64,000 nucleotides of DNA from Reclinomonas americana ATCC 50394. Its lineage: Eukaryota. Below the pieces are notes generated by a model. The model ran no database searches, was not told where the DNA came from, and worked only from the letters and a program-made list of their open reading frames with translations. Positions 40,158-50,250 of this stretch are shown here, in pieces. Position 1 is the stretch's first letter; each line of letters opens with the position of its first letter. Position numbers and translations under genes: made by a program. The DNA lies in NCBI GenBank assembly GCA_048213135.1, contig PS015009.1, positions 1-64,000 on the forward strand. Direction: 5' to 3'.

Positions 40158-41834
40158 ATGAAAAATAAATTTAAAACACCCGCAAGCCTGCTGCTGATAG
40201 CTGTGCTGTTTTCGGGTTGTGCCAAAAAACTGGACCTGTTTCCACAGAACAGTCTTACCCCGGAAAAGGTATACTCCACACCGGAGGGATATAAAGGCGT
40301 ACTGGCCAAAATATATGGCGGTCTTTCCATCGGCGGCAACAATGGCCCTGCCGGTTCTCCGGACATTTCCGGCGGACTGGATGAAGGTTCGCAGATCGCC
40401 TTCATCAGGCCTTTCTTCAATTGCCAGGAACTGCCTACCGATGAAGCGGTTTGTTTCTGGAATGACCAGACCATCAAAAACTATCACGCTTTTTCTTATA
40501 CCAGCAGTGATCCTTTCCTGAAAGGTATGTACGCCAGGCCCATCTGGAACATCACGCTCATCAATGAGTACCTGCGTGAGTCTACAGATGAGAAACTGGC
40601 CGCCCGTAACATTACCGGTACTGATGCCGCCGAGATCAAAAAATCAAGGGCGGAGATCCGTTTCCTGCGGGCTTTCAATTACTGGGTGATGATGGACCTG
40701 TTTGGCAAATCAACCTTTATCACTGAAGATTATGGCATCGCTGAAGACCAGCCTCCTGTTGAGATCAGCCGCCAGAATCTTTTCAAATATGTTATCGGTG
40801 AACTGAAAGCCATTGAACCCGATATGCTGCCTGCCAAAACCGCTGAATACGGAAGGGTTGACCAGGCTGCCAACTGGGCACTCAGCGCCAGGATCTACCT
40901 GAACGGTAATATCTACATGGGCAGCGCTAATAATGCCTATTATGATTCCGCGGTTTACTTTTCACAGAAAGCGATCGGCGCCGGTTATACGCTCAACACA
41001 ACAGCAGTGAATGGTTATAACGCTTATGCGCAATTGTTCATGGCTGATAATAACAAAAATACCAACGAACTGATCTGGGCCATCACCTGCGACGGTCTGA
41101 ATACACAGGGATATGGTAATACCACCTTCCTGGTGAATTGCCCCAGTGGCGATGATAAAGGCAGCGACTACTTTACCGGCGCTGGCGGTGCAGGATGGAA
41201 AGGTTATGTAGCCACTAAAGGACTGGCCAATCTCTTCACCGACCTGACCGGCGGAACAGACAAAAGAGCGATGTTCGTTACTTCAAAATTTGGTGTAAGC
41301 CCCACGCAGATCGAACTTCCCGTGCTGCCCAACGCAAGCGAGGTGAACTTTGGTGATGCCAGCAGCGGTTTACATGTGAACAAGTTCAGGAATATCCGTT
41401 CCGATAACGGCCCGATCCACGACGTTAACAACCGCACGTTTGCTGATGTTGATTTCCCGATCTTCCGTTTATCAGAAATGTATTTGATCTATGCAGAAGC
41501 CACCTTACGTGGTGGTAACGGAAGCCTGGGCACTGCGCTTACATATGTGAACAACATCCGTACACGTGCTTATGGCAATACAACCGGCAATATCAGCTCC
41601 GGCCAGCTTACACTACCCTTCATCCTGGATGAAAGAGGAAGGGAACTGTACTGGGAAGGACACAGGCGTACCGACCTGGTTCGTTACGGTCTGCTGACCA
41701 CCGGTACTTACCTGTGGCCATGGAAAGGTGGTGTTGCTTCCGGAACATCGGTTGATGCGAAATACAACCTGTTCCCGATACCTGCCAGCGCCAGGAACGT
41801 AAACCCCAACCTGACCCAAAACACCGGATTCTAA
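40158..41834 (+). CDS. susD: SusD/RagB glycan-binding lipoprotein
   Basis: Lipobox FSGC; RAEIRFLRA, FRLSEMYL and ERGRELYWEGHRRTDL motifs. Confidence 0.96.
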   Translation: MKNKFKTPASLLLIAVLFSGCAKKLDLFPQNSLTPEKVYSTPEGYKGVLAKIYGGLSIGGNNGPAGSPDISGGLDEGSQIAFIRPFFNCQELPTDEAVCFWNDQTIKNYHAFSYTSSDPFLKGMYARPIWNITLINEYLRESTDEKLAARNITGTDAAEIKKSRAEIRFLRAFNYWVMMDLFGKSTFITEDYGIAEDQPPVEISRQNLFKYVIGELKAIEPDMLPAKTAEYGRVDQAANWALSARIYLNGNIYMGSANNAYYDSAVYFSQKAIGAGYTLNTTAVNGYNAYAQLFMADNNKNTNELIWAITCDGLNTQGYGNTTFLVNCPSGDDKGSDYFTGAGGAGWKGYVATKGLANLFTDLTGGTDKRAMFVTSKFGVSPTQIELPVLPNASEVNFGDASSGLHVNKFRNIRSDNGPIHDVNNRTFADVDFPIFRLSEMYLIYAEATLRGGNGSLGTALTYVNNIRTRAYGNTTGNISSGQLTLPFILDERGRELYWEGHRRTDLVRYGLLTTGTYLWPWKGGVASGTSVDAKYNLFPIPASARNVNPNLTQNTGF

Positions 41835-41861
41835 TAACGATCATTGCTTAAATCAACAGAA

Positions 41862-42683
41862 ATGAAAAATATTTTAAAATTCGTATTGCTCTCCTCCTGC
41901 ATGGCGATCGTATTGATGGCGTGCAAGAAAGATGAGAACAAAGTATATTTCGAAGGTGGTACACCGCCGGTATTCAGTGCATCTTCAACAGCTCCGCTGG
42001 TACTCACGCTTCCCAACAAGAACAATACGGCCATTTCCTTCAACTGGACCAACCCGGAGTACCGTTTTACCACCGGCATCAGTTCACAGGATGTAACCTA
42101 TACCGTTCAGTTTGATACCACCGGCGCTAATTTTACCAGCCCCTCCATGGGACAGCGCTCCATTTCTAAAGAGCTCACTACTTCTTTCACCGTTGGTGAA
42201 TTGAACGCTATGCTTTTAGGCATGGGTTTGATAGAGAACATGCCGCACAATATAGAAATAAGGGTAAAATCCACGTTAAAGAACAACAGTGTACCGCTTT
42301 ACTCTAATGTGATCAAAGTAGTGGTAACGCCATATCTTGATGTGGTATATCCTGTTCCTGCTAACCTTTACATTACCGGCGCTGCTACACCTGCCGGTTG
42401 GCAATGCGGTTGCGGCGAGCCTGAATTGCTGTCGCAGAAATTCACTAAAGTGAGTTCTTCTAAATTTGAACTGACCATTGCTTTATCTGCCAACAACTCT
42501 TACCTGTTGCTGCCTGTATATGGCAGTTGGTCGGCCAAATACGGCGGAACCGGCGCCAACAATACCAACAACCCGGCTGGTGATGATTTCAAACCTGATG
42601 GTGGTGACCTGAAGGCACCTGCTGCCAGTGGCACTTACAAGATCACAGTTGATTTCAAAACAGGAAAATTCACCGTTCAATAA
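41862..42683 (+). CDS. SusE-like starch-binding lipoprotein
   Basis: Lipobox LMAC; SusE N-domain (FNWT..Y.V.FD); one CBM-like module (LYITGAATPAGW). Confidence 0.85.
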   Translation: MKNILKFVLLSSCMAIVLMACKKDENKVYFEGGTPPVFSASSTAPLVLTLPNKNNTAISFNWTNPEYRFTTGISSQDVTYTVQFDTTGANFTSPSMGQRSISKELTTSFTVGELNAMLLGMGLIENMPHNIEIRVKSTLKNNSVPLYSNVIKVVVTPYLDVVYPVPANLYITGAATPAGWQCGCGEPELLSQKFTKVSSSKFELTIALSANNSYLLLPVYGSWSAKYGGTGANNTNNPAGDDFKPDGGDLKAPAASGTYKITVDFKTGKFTVQ

Positions 42684-42713
42684 ACCCACTGTTCAACACT
42701 AAAAAAAGACTAT

Positions 42714-43859
42714 ATGAAATATATTTCTAAATTTCTTTTTGCAGCGCTTGGGTTTGTTGCCCTGTTCGCTGCCTGCAATAAGGCCGACGACCTGCCCGTA
42801 TACAATAATGGCATGGCCGTTACACTGACCAGTTCAGTTACTACCATCGCTCCCGCTCCCGCGGATTCCAATAATGTGGCGATCGTTTTTAAGTGGACTA
42901 ACCCGAATTATGCGCAGGACTCTTCGCTTTATAAATTCGTCGTAGAGATCGACTCTGCCGGAAGAAACTTTTCAAAAGCTTCCCGTAAAACGTTCACGGG
43001 TACCTGGAGCGGTTCTTTCATCGCCAAAGAGATCAATGCCATCGCACTGAGTTATGGCTTTGCATTCAATACCGCGTATGATATGGAAGCCCGTGTGATC
43101 TCGTCTTACGGTAACAATAACGAACGTTATTTTTCCAATGTCATCAAACTGAAGGTTACGCCTTATAAAGTTCCTCCTATTGTGGCACTGCCTTCAACCG
43201 GGCGGCTGTTCATTACCGGTGACGCTACTGATTTTGGCTGGAGCAACCCCGCTCCTATGCCCGCTATCCGTGAACTGACACGCCTGGATGAAACCACCTG
43301 GGCAGGCATCTTCCACATGAGCGGCGGCGGTGGTTACCTGTTATTACAGACTGCCGGAAACTGGGACGACAAGTTCTCCGTACTCAATTCTACCGGTCCT
43401 ACAGGCGAAGCCGGATCATTCGGTTTCAAACTGAACGACAACTTCCCGGGGTCACTTACCGGCGGTAATGGCTGGTATAAGAATGTATACAACTTCCAGA
43501 CTGGCAAATACACACTCACCAAGCAAACCGATGCTTTGTCACCCGACCTGTATATCACCGGGGACGCCACACCTGGCGGCTGGGTAAACAACCCTCCTGC
43601 CGGTCAGAAAATGACCATGCTCACCAGCGGTGTTTTTGAGATCACCATGGCTTTCGTGCCTGGCAAAGCTTATAAGTTCCTGAATACTTCCGGTCAGTGG
43701 CAGCCACAATTTGGCGGCTCTTCTGCTACCGGCGGCGCATTGGGTGCCAATTACGGCGGCGGTTCTGATCCTTCCAATATACCTACCCCGGACGTGGCAG
43801 GCAATTACAAGATACAGGTCAACTTTATCACCAATACATATACCGTAACCAAAATATAG
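42714..43859 (+). CDS. SusE/SusF-like starch-binding lipoprotein
   Basis: Lipobox FAAC; SusE N-domain plus two L(F/Y)ITGDAT..GW modules. Confidence 0.85.
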   Translation: MKYISKFLFAALGFVALFAACNKADDLPVYNNGMAVTLTSSVTTIAPAPADSNNVAIVFKWTNPNYAQDSSLYKFVVEIDSAGRNFSKASRKTFTGTWSGSFIAKEINAIALSYGFAFNTAYDMEARVISSYGNNNERYFSNVIKLKVTPYKVPPIVALPSTGRLFITGDATDFGWSNPAPMPAIRELTRLDETTWAGIFHMSGGGGYLLLQTAGNWDDKFSVLNSTGPTGEAGSFGFKLNDNFPGSLTGGNGWYKNVYNFQTGKYTLTKQTDALSPDLYITGDATPGGWVNNPPAGQKMTMLTSGVFEITMAFVPGKAYKFLNTSGQWQPQFGGSSATGGALGANYGGGSDPSNIPTPDVAGNYKIQVNFITNTYTVTKI

Positions 43860-43888
43860 TTTCTGAATTGAGGGTTATTAGTGATATC

Positions 43889-43918
43889 AACCAGGCGCTC
43901 ACCACGTCTGGTTTTTTT
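43889..43918 (+). terminator. Intrinsic terminator after the susEF-like genes
   Basis: AACCAGGCG..CGTCTGGTTTTTTT. Confidence 0.7.
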
Positions 43919-44004
43919 AACCCGTTTACTTAACTTGTTGATAAAAGACTTACTGTTTAACCTTTAAATACACTGCATTGAAAAATCCATTCTCAACCGT
44001 TCAG

Positions 44005-46446
44005 ATGAAAAAGGGAATTACAGCGCTCCTGCTTTGTACAAGCCTTACCGTTATGGCACAAAGCCCGGTAAAGGACATCGGCAACATCAAAAGTTTTAAG
44101 ACCGAAGGACAAAACATCAGCATTACCACAGACAATGCTTTTGGCATGGTTACCGTTTATTCACCCAGCATCATCAGGGTGCGCTTTGACAAACAAAAAC
44201 TGAAGCCCGACTTTTCGTATGCCGTGGTGATGACGCCTCAAACCACCAATGCCCGCATCAGCAGCGACAGCAAAGAGATCAGCATCATTACCGATTCGCT
44301 GAAAGTACGCATCAGCAAAACACCATTTGCTATCGCGTTCTATACGCCTGATGACAAGCTGATCAATAAAGACGAAACCGGTCTTACCACTTCCTGGGTA
44401 GGTGAAGAAGTAACCACTTACAAAACCATGCAGGAAGGCGAACGTTTTATAGGGCTGGGAGAAAAGACCGGAGACCTCGACCGAAAAGGCAATGGTTACA
44501 CCAACTGGAACACCGATGCCTATGGCTACCTCGCCAACCAGGACCCTATCTACTCTACCATACCCTTCTATATGGGTATCCATCACCAGTTGAATTATGG
44601 CATCTTCCTGGATAATATGTACCAGAGCGATTTCAATTTCGGCGCCAGCAATAACCGCTTCTCTTTCTTTGGTGCCCGGGGCGGTGAAATGAATTACTAT
44701 TTTATCTATCACCAGCGTGTTGCCGACATCATCAAATCTTATACAGCCCTCACCGGCCGTATGCAGTTGCCACCATTATGGAGCCTGGGTTACCAGCAAA
44801 ACCGGTACAGTTACTACCCCGATACCGAAGTGTTACGCATAGCGCAAACGCTCCGCGAAAAAAAGATACCGGCCGATGGCATCACACTCGACATTCACTA
44901 CATGGACCGCTACCAGTTGTTCACCTGGGATAAACAACGCTTTCCCGATCCTGTGGGAATGACCGGCAAACTCAAACAAATGGGTTTTACCACCACGGTG
45001 ATCGTTGACCCCGGCATCAAGACAGAACCCGGCGCCGCGGCTTTTGAAAGAGGATTGAAAGCGGATGCTTATATCAAATATTCCGATGGCACCAACTACA
45101 CCGGCGAAGTATGGCCGGGCTGGTGCCACTTCCCCGATTTTTCGGGAGAGAAAGGAAGGAATTTCTGGAAAGGTGAGATGAAATTCTTTTCAGATAATGG
45201 CGTAAGCGGTATCTGGAACGACATGAATGAGATCGCCACCTGGGGACAAAAAATTCCCAGCAATGTGATCTTTGATTTTGAAGGCAGGAAAGCATCTTAC
45301 CAGGAAGCACACAACATATACGGTTCGCTGATGGCCCGCACCAGTTACGAAGGCGCCAAAGCAGCGATGAAACAACGTCCCTTTGTGCTCACCCGTGCAG
45401 GATATGCCGGTATGCAGCGTTATACCGCCATCTGGACCGGCGACAACCGTTCGGAAGATAATCATATGCTGGCCGGTGTGCGCCTGCTGAACAGCCTCGG
45501 TTTAAGCGGTGTTCCCTTCACCGGCATGGACATTGGCGGTTTTACAGGCAACCCCACCATACCGCTGTATTCAAGGTGGATACAACTGGGTGCTTTTGTC
45601 CCTTATTTCCGTAACCATACCGGGGTGAACACCAAATCGGCCGAGCCCTGGGCATTTGGCGAAGAAGTAACGGAGATTGCCAGGAATTACATCAGCCTGC
45701 GGTACAAACTGATGCCTTATATGTACTCCACTTTCTATGAAGCCACACAAAACGGTTTACCGGTAATGCGCTCCCTCGCCATCGACAATACTTTCGACGA
45801 TCTTATTTATAAAAGCGATTACCAAAACCAGTTCCTGTTTGGCCAGTCCATTATGGTTACACCCGTAGAAAGCGGTAAAGACCTGATGAAAGTCTATTTT
45901 CCAAAAGGCAACTGGTACGACCTGTATTCAGATGAGCCCGAGAATGGCGGAAGAGAAAAACTCATTGAGATCACCAGGCAGAAATTGCCGGCTTATGTAA
46001 AGGAAAGCAGCATCATCCCCATGCAGAGCCTGGTACAGAGCACCGCTTTTGCGCCTACAGACACTTTACAATTGCACATCTATAAAGGATCGGTGAACAA
46101 CAGCTTTGTATATTATGAAGATGACGGACGCTCTTTTGATTATGAAAAAGGGATGTTCTATAAAAGAATGATTCATTACGATGCGGCTTCCCAGGTACTT
46201 ACGCTGGAGAAGGCTGAAGGATCACTGGCGTCTAAATTCAAACACATTGCACTGGTGCTGCATGGTTTCGGTAACCAGCAGGTGAGCATTAATGGAGCGG
46301 CGGCTTCTTTGCAAAAGACAATGACCTTCCTGCTCTCTCCCATCTCCAAGTTCGATCCGCAGGGGCAGGCCAAGGCGGCTGATGGAAGCAATACCCTTAC
46401 TATTGTCACCGGCAACAGCTCAGACAAGATCAGCGTGAAACTGTAA
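44005..46446 (+). CDS. GH31 alpha-glucosidase
   Basis: GLGEK, LDIHYM, WNDMNE (nucleophile), WTGDN and DIGGF motifs; signal peptide from MKKGITALL. Confidence 0.95.
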   Translation: MKKGITALLLCTSLTVMAQSPVKDIGNIKSFKTEGQNISITTDNAFGMVTVYSPSIIRVRFDKQKLKPDFSYAVVMTPQTTNARISSDSKEISIITDSLKVRISKTPFAIAFYTPDDKLINKDETGLTTSWVGEEVTTYKTMQEGERFIGLGEKTGDLDRKGNGYTNWNTDAYGYLANQDPIYSTIPFYMGIHHQLNYGIFLDNMYQSDFNFGASNNRFSFFGARGGEMNYYFIYHQRVADIIKSYTALTGRMQLPPLWSLGYQQNRYSYYPDTEVLRIAQTLREKKIPADGITLDIHYMDRYQLFTWDKQRFPDPVGMTGKLKQMGFTTTVIVDPGIKTEPGAAAFERGLKADAYIKYSDGTNYTGEVWPGWCHFPDFSGEKGRNFWKGEMKFFSDNGVSGIWNDMNEIATWGQKIPSNVIFDFEGRKASYQEAHNIYGSLMARTSYEGAKAAMKQRPFVLTRAGYAGMQRYTAIWTGDNRSEDNHMLAGVRLLNSLGLSGVPFTGMDIGGFTGNPTIPLYSRWIQLGAFVPYFRNHTGVNTKSAEPWAFGEEVTEIARNYISLRYKLMPYMYSTFYEATQNGLPVMRSLAIDNTFDDLIYKSDYQNQFLFGQSIMVTPVESGKDLMKVYFPKGNWYDLYSDEPENGGREKLIEITRQKLPAYVKESSIIPMQSLVQSTAFAPTDTLQLHIYKGSVNNSFVYYEDDGRSFDYEKGMFYKRMIHYDAASQVLTLEKAEGSLASKFKHIALVLHGFGNQQVSINGAAASLQKTMTFLLSPISKFDPQGQAKAADGSNTLTIVTGNSSDKISVKL

Positions 46447-46470
46447 ATTCAATAGATTAAACTGAATAGG

Positions 46471-46498
46471 AAAAGGAATGCAACGCATTCCTTTTTTT
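46471..46498 (+). terminator. Intrinsic terminator after GH31
   Basis: AAAAGGAATG-CAACG-CATTCCTTTTTT. Confidence 0.8.
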
Positions 46499-46501
46499 GT
46501 A

Positions 46502-46619
46502 ACCGCAAAGAACGGGAGAACGCAGAGGTTACGCAAAGATTTTTCTTTTACTCCATGGAGTTTTCCGGATCTAAAAATATTTCTCAGCGTTAACTCAGCG
46601 TCCTCTCGTTCTTTGCGGT
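46502..46619. repeat. 118-bp element with 33-bp imperfect terminal inverted repeats
   Basis: ACCGCAAAGAACGGGAGAACGCAGAGGTTACGC matches the reverse complement of 46587-46619 at 28 of 33 positions. Confidence 0.8.
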
Positions 46620-46628
46620 AAAAACAAA

Positions 46629-46648
46629 AGGGACGGCATGCCGTCCCT
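46629..46648. repeat. Perfect 20-bp palindrome (REP-like, possible pafA terminator)
   Basis: AGGGACGGCATGCCGTCCCT. Confidence 0.7.
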
Positions 46649-46673
46649 CCCAAAAAAATATATTGAAACCGTT

Positions 46674-48299
46674 TTATTTCATCACTTCCGTGATCACCTT
46701 ACCCACACTGCCGCTTGGCATTTGTATCTGCAGCATGGCCGCTACTGTGGGAGCGATATCAGTCATGTAAGTTTCGCGGTTGAGTTTCCCCTGTTTAATA
46801 CCCCACCCAAACCACAGCAGGGGAATGTGCGCATCATAAGGATTCCACAGACCATGCGTAGTACCTTTGGACGGGCTGGACCAGGTATCAAAATAGCCAG
46901 GCTTCAGGAGAAACTGGATGTCGCCACTGCGTTTGGCATTATAACCATTGCTTACCATTTTACCGATGGGTTCCGGCAGCGCCGTCATCCCAATCTTATC
47001 CGTTTCAAAAACATTGGTGATAAAAGGTTTTGATCTTAAAATACGCATCACCAGTTTCTTCACGGCTTCCACATCCTTACCTGCTTTTTCCATACCATCA
47101 ATATCGAGGTACACCTGGTAGTTCTGCAGGTTGAGTACAGCTTTTGAATAGCCAAAATTATCCTCTACCGCTTTATTGATCTCCTTAGCAAAGTCCGAAT
47201 CCATAAAGCTTCCTCCGGGCATTTTATGTTCCGCCAGGAAATCGGGGATATGCGCTGCGCCATGGTCAGCGGTCAGGAATAACAGGTAATTACCTTTGCC
47301 CACTTTGGTATCGAGGTAAGAAAGAAAATCGGCGATGTCCTTGTCCAGCCGCAGGTAAGTGTCTTCCACTTCAACGGAATTGGGTCCGAAAGTATGGCCA
47401 ACATAATCGGTAGAGGAAATACTTACGGTAAGAAAATCAGTTACGGTATTCGCCCCCAGTTTTTCATTCTCAATCGCTGTTTTGGCAAATTCAAAAGTGA
47501 AACTATTGGCAAAAGGTGTAGTGCGGAAAGCCTCATATTTATCCGCGGCTTTTATTGCAGACAACTTATGCGGGAATACAGGAGATGTTTCGCCTTTGAT
47601 ATTATTTTCATAAGGCTTATCATCTGCCGTACTCAGGTCATATTTATCCATCGGCAGCAGTGTATTCCATTCCTGGCTCATGTATTTCCCTGCCACGTCG
47701 CGGCTGTTGAACAGGTTTACCCATGCCGGGAGCTCGGTCATATAGTGTGTACTGGTGATCCATTTGCCCGCATCATACCAGTAGGCCGCATTGGCGCTGT
47801 GCCCCGCGGGAAGGATAGCACCCCTGTCTTTCAGGGCAATACCGATCACTTTGCTTTTAAAATTGTTGCTGAGCCGCAATTCATCCGTTACGGTGGTGGC
47901 CCACATATTTTTCGGGCTCATTTTACCGGCCCAGGCGGAGCCTCCCACCGAAGTAACTGTGGAGTCATCGGTGCAGTACACATTCTTCCCCGTCGTTTTA
48001 TCGAACCAGTTATTGCCCACTATACCCATAATGGAAGGCACACTGCCGGTATATACACAGGTATGTCCTACTGCTGTATAAGTGGGCACATAGGGAATAA
48101 GTGTGTTTTCGCAACTAAAACCCTGTCCCAGTAAGCGTTTGAAGCCTCCCTGGCCGTAAAGGGCATTGTACCGGTATAGATAGTCCCAGCGCATCTGGTC
48201 AATAACCAGTCCTACCACTAGTTTGGGCCTGGATGTTTGTGCGTTTAGGGAAGCCGCTCCCATGATGCAACAGATCAGTAAAAGTCGGAATCTGAACAT
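46674..48299 (-). CDS. pafA: PafA-type alkaline phosphatase
   Basis: PKLVVGLVIDQMR, PTYTAVGH (Thr nucleophile), KDRGAILPAGH, DYVGH, TADHG and GTTHG motifs. Confidence 0.92.
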   Translation of the reverse strand: MFRFRLLLICCIMGAASLNAQTSRPKLVVGLVIDQMRWDYLYRYNALYGQGGFKRLLGQGFSCENTLIPYVPTYTAVGHTCVYTGSVPSIMGIVGNNWFDKTTGKNVYCTDDSTVTSVGGSAWAGKMSPKNMWATTVTDELRLSNNFKSKVIGIALKDRGAILPAGHSANAAYWYDAGKWITSTHYMTELPAWVNLFNSRDVAGKYMSQEWNTLLPMDKYDLSTADDKPYENNIKGETSPVFPHKLSAIKAADKYEAFRTTPFANSFTFEFAKTAIENEKLGANTVTDFLTVSISSTDYVGHTFGPNSVEVEDTYLRLDKDIADFLSYLDTKVGKGNYLLFLTADHGAAHIPDFLAEHKMPGGSFMDSDFAKEINKAVEDNFGYSKAVLNLQNYQVYLDIDGMEKAGKDVEAVKKLVMRILRSKPFITNVFETDKIGMTALPEPIGKMVSNGYNAKRSGDIQFLLKPGYFDTWSSPSKGTTHGLWNPYDAHIPLLWFGWGIKQGKLNRETYMTDIAPTVAAMLQIQMPSGSVGKVITEVMK

Positions 48300-48459
48300 A
48301 CCTTTGTTTTTTTGCAAATATACCCGGAATCCGGCTTACCCACACAATGCCCCCATGTTACGCGAATGTTATGCATTTTGACCTCAATGCTTTAATTTTG
48401 CGCCTTTCCCGGGCGCCTTATCCGGCGCAGGTTTTATTAACTATCAATTACTTGTAATT

Positions 48460-49716
48460 ATGGCAGATGTTTTTGAAAAATTAGTGAAAGACGGCGGCCC
48501 CATTGGTCAGCATATGGACAGGGCTCACGGCTATTTTGCATTTCCTAAACTGGAAGGCGAATTAGGCCCCCGGATGACCTTCAGGGGTAAGGAAATGATC
48601 GTATGGAGCCTCAATAACTATTTAGGCCTGGTCAATCACCCGGAAGTAAGGGATATTGATACCAAAGCCGCCGCTATGTATGGGATGGGTAACCCGATGG
48701 GTGCCCGTATGATGAGCGGTAATACTCAAAAACACGACGAACTGGAAAGAGTGATCAGCGAGTTTGTAAGCCGCGAAGATACCATGCTGCTCAACTTCGG
48801 TTACCAGGGTATTATGAGTTGCATCGATGCGCTGGTGAACCGCAGGGACGTGATCGTATACGACGCAGAAGCACATGCCTGTATTGTTGATGGTGTTCGC
48901 CTGCACATGGGACACCGTTACGCTTTCAAGCATAATGATATTGAAGACTGCGAAAAACAATTGCAGCGTGCTACGGAAATGGCCGCCAAACAAGGTGGTG
49001 GCATTCTTGTGATAACAGAAGGCGTATTCGGTATGGATGGTGAGCAGGGTATCCTGAAAGAGATCGTTGCGCTGAAACAGAAATACGAGTTCCGCATACT
49101 TATCGATGACGCCCATGGCTTCGGTTATATGGGGCCTACAGGCGCGGGGGCCGACGAGGCACAGGGTTGCCAGGATGGAATCGACCTTTACTTCTCTACT
49201 TTCGTAAAAAGTATGGGCAGCATTGGCGCTTTCATCAGCGGACCGAAAGCCGTACTCAAATATTTACGTTACAACACCCGCTCACAGATATTCGCCAAAA
49301 GCCTTCCGCTTCTCATTGTAGAAGGCATGCTCAAACGTATGGACATGGTGAAGACTATGCCCGAACTGAGGGAAAAACTGTGGCACAATGTGAACAGGCT
49401 GCAGGATGGTCTGAAGCAAAGAGGTTTTGATATCGGCCATACCAATTCACCTGTAACGCCTATCTATATGAAAGGCGACGTTCCTGAAGCAACGCAGATG
49501 GTAATGGACCTGCGGGAAAATTATCATATCTTCTGTTCGATTGTGGTATATCCTGTTATTCCAAAAGGGGACATCATTTACAGGATCATTCCTACCTCCG
49601 CACACAGCGATGAGGATATTGACCTGACGTTGAAGGCTTTTGAGGAGACGAAGAAAAAACTGGATGCAGGCGCTTACAAGGCCGTGGATATTCCTGATAT
49701 GGCGGAGAAGGTTTAA
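48460..49716 (+). CDS. Alpha-oxoamine synthase, probable cysteate acyltransferase of sulfonolipid (capnine) synthesis (SulA/CapB-like)
   Basis: NNYLGL, DDAHG and TFVKS (PLP lysine) motifs. GPIGQ..AHGYFAFPKLEGE, WSLNNY, PMGARMMSG and RSQIFAKS match my recollection of the SulA/CapB clade rather than SPT or BioF. Confidence 0.75.
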   Translation: MADVFEKLVKDGGPIGQHMDRAHGYFAFPKLEGELGPRMTFRGKEMIVWSLNNYLGLVNHPEVRDIDTKAAAMYGMGNPMGARMMSGNTQKHDELERVISEFVSREDTMLLNFGYQGIMSCIDALVNRRDVIVYDAEAHACIVDGVRLHMGHRYAFKHNDIEDCEKQLQRATEMAAKQGGGILVITEGVFGMDGEQGILKEIVALKQKYEFRILIDDAHGFGYMGPTGAGADEAQGCQDGIDLYFSTFVKSMGSIGAFISGPKAVLKYLRYNTRSQIFAKSLPLLIVEGMLKRMDMVKTMPELREKLWHNVNRLQDGLKQRGFDIGHTNSPVTPIYMKGDVPEATQMVMDLRENYHIFCSIVVYPVIPKGDIIYRIIPTSAHSDEDIDLTLKAFEETKKKLDAGAYKAVDIPDMAEKV

Positions 49717-49911
49717 CAGGGTGGAGTTTTTTCAAACCAATCTTTAAACGGCGGGGCAGGACTTAACAAATCCCGTACTTTTCCGTGTTTGAAAAAAGGA
49801 AATCGTGACTTAACTTTACGACGTGTAATAATTCAAATGGGCCGGCAACGGTCCGGAGCCAGGTAAACTCTACTACCTGGCTTTTTTATGTCCTGTCGGG
49901 TTTGTTCTTCT

Positions 49912-50250
49912 TCATGGCTGGAATGCCGGGTCATCGAACATGGATTTGTGAAAGAGATAATATTTACCGTCTTTTTTATTACGCCAGTAACGGCGGCCTT
50001 CAAAATCATAGTAGTAACGGCCATCAACGCTGCGTTTGGCGGCCTTATCATTAACGATGATCACCTGGGGAACCGGCTCCTTTATTTTTGGTTTAACGGC
50101 AACTGGTTTATTGGCAGGTGCCGGTCTAGCTGAAACGGAGCCTGGTTTTTCTGTAACACGGATCTCTGATTTCGCGGCATGATGTTTTTCAGCGCAACTG
50201 TAAAGCAATAGTACAGACAGGGCAGTCAGCAGGACGAAAGATCTTTGCAT
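49912..50250 (-). CDS. Small hypothetical lipoprotein
   Basis: Lipobox LYSC; Pro/Lys-rich linker; aromatic C-terminal module DGRYYYDFEGRRYW. Confidence 0.75.
   Translation of the reverse strand: MQRSFVLLTALSVLLLYSCAEKHHAAKSEIRVTEKPGSVSARPAPANKPVAVKPKIKEPVPQVIIVNDKAAKRSVDGRYYYDFEGRRYWRNKKDGKYYLFHKSMFDDPAFQP

Noticed and set aside
48460..49716. Calling this gene spt or bioF
   Set aside because: Its N-terminal and substrate-loop motifs fit the SulA/CapB clade better. The gene symbol is left blank pending a phylogeny.
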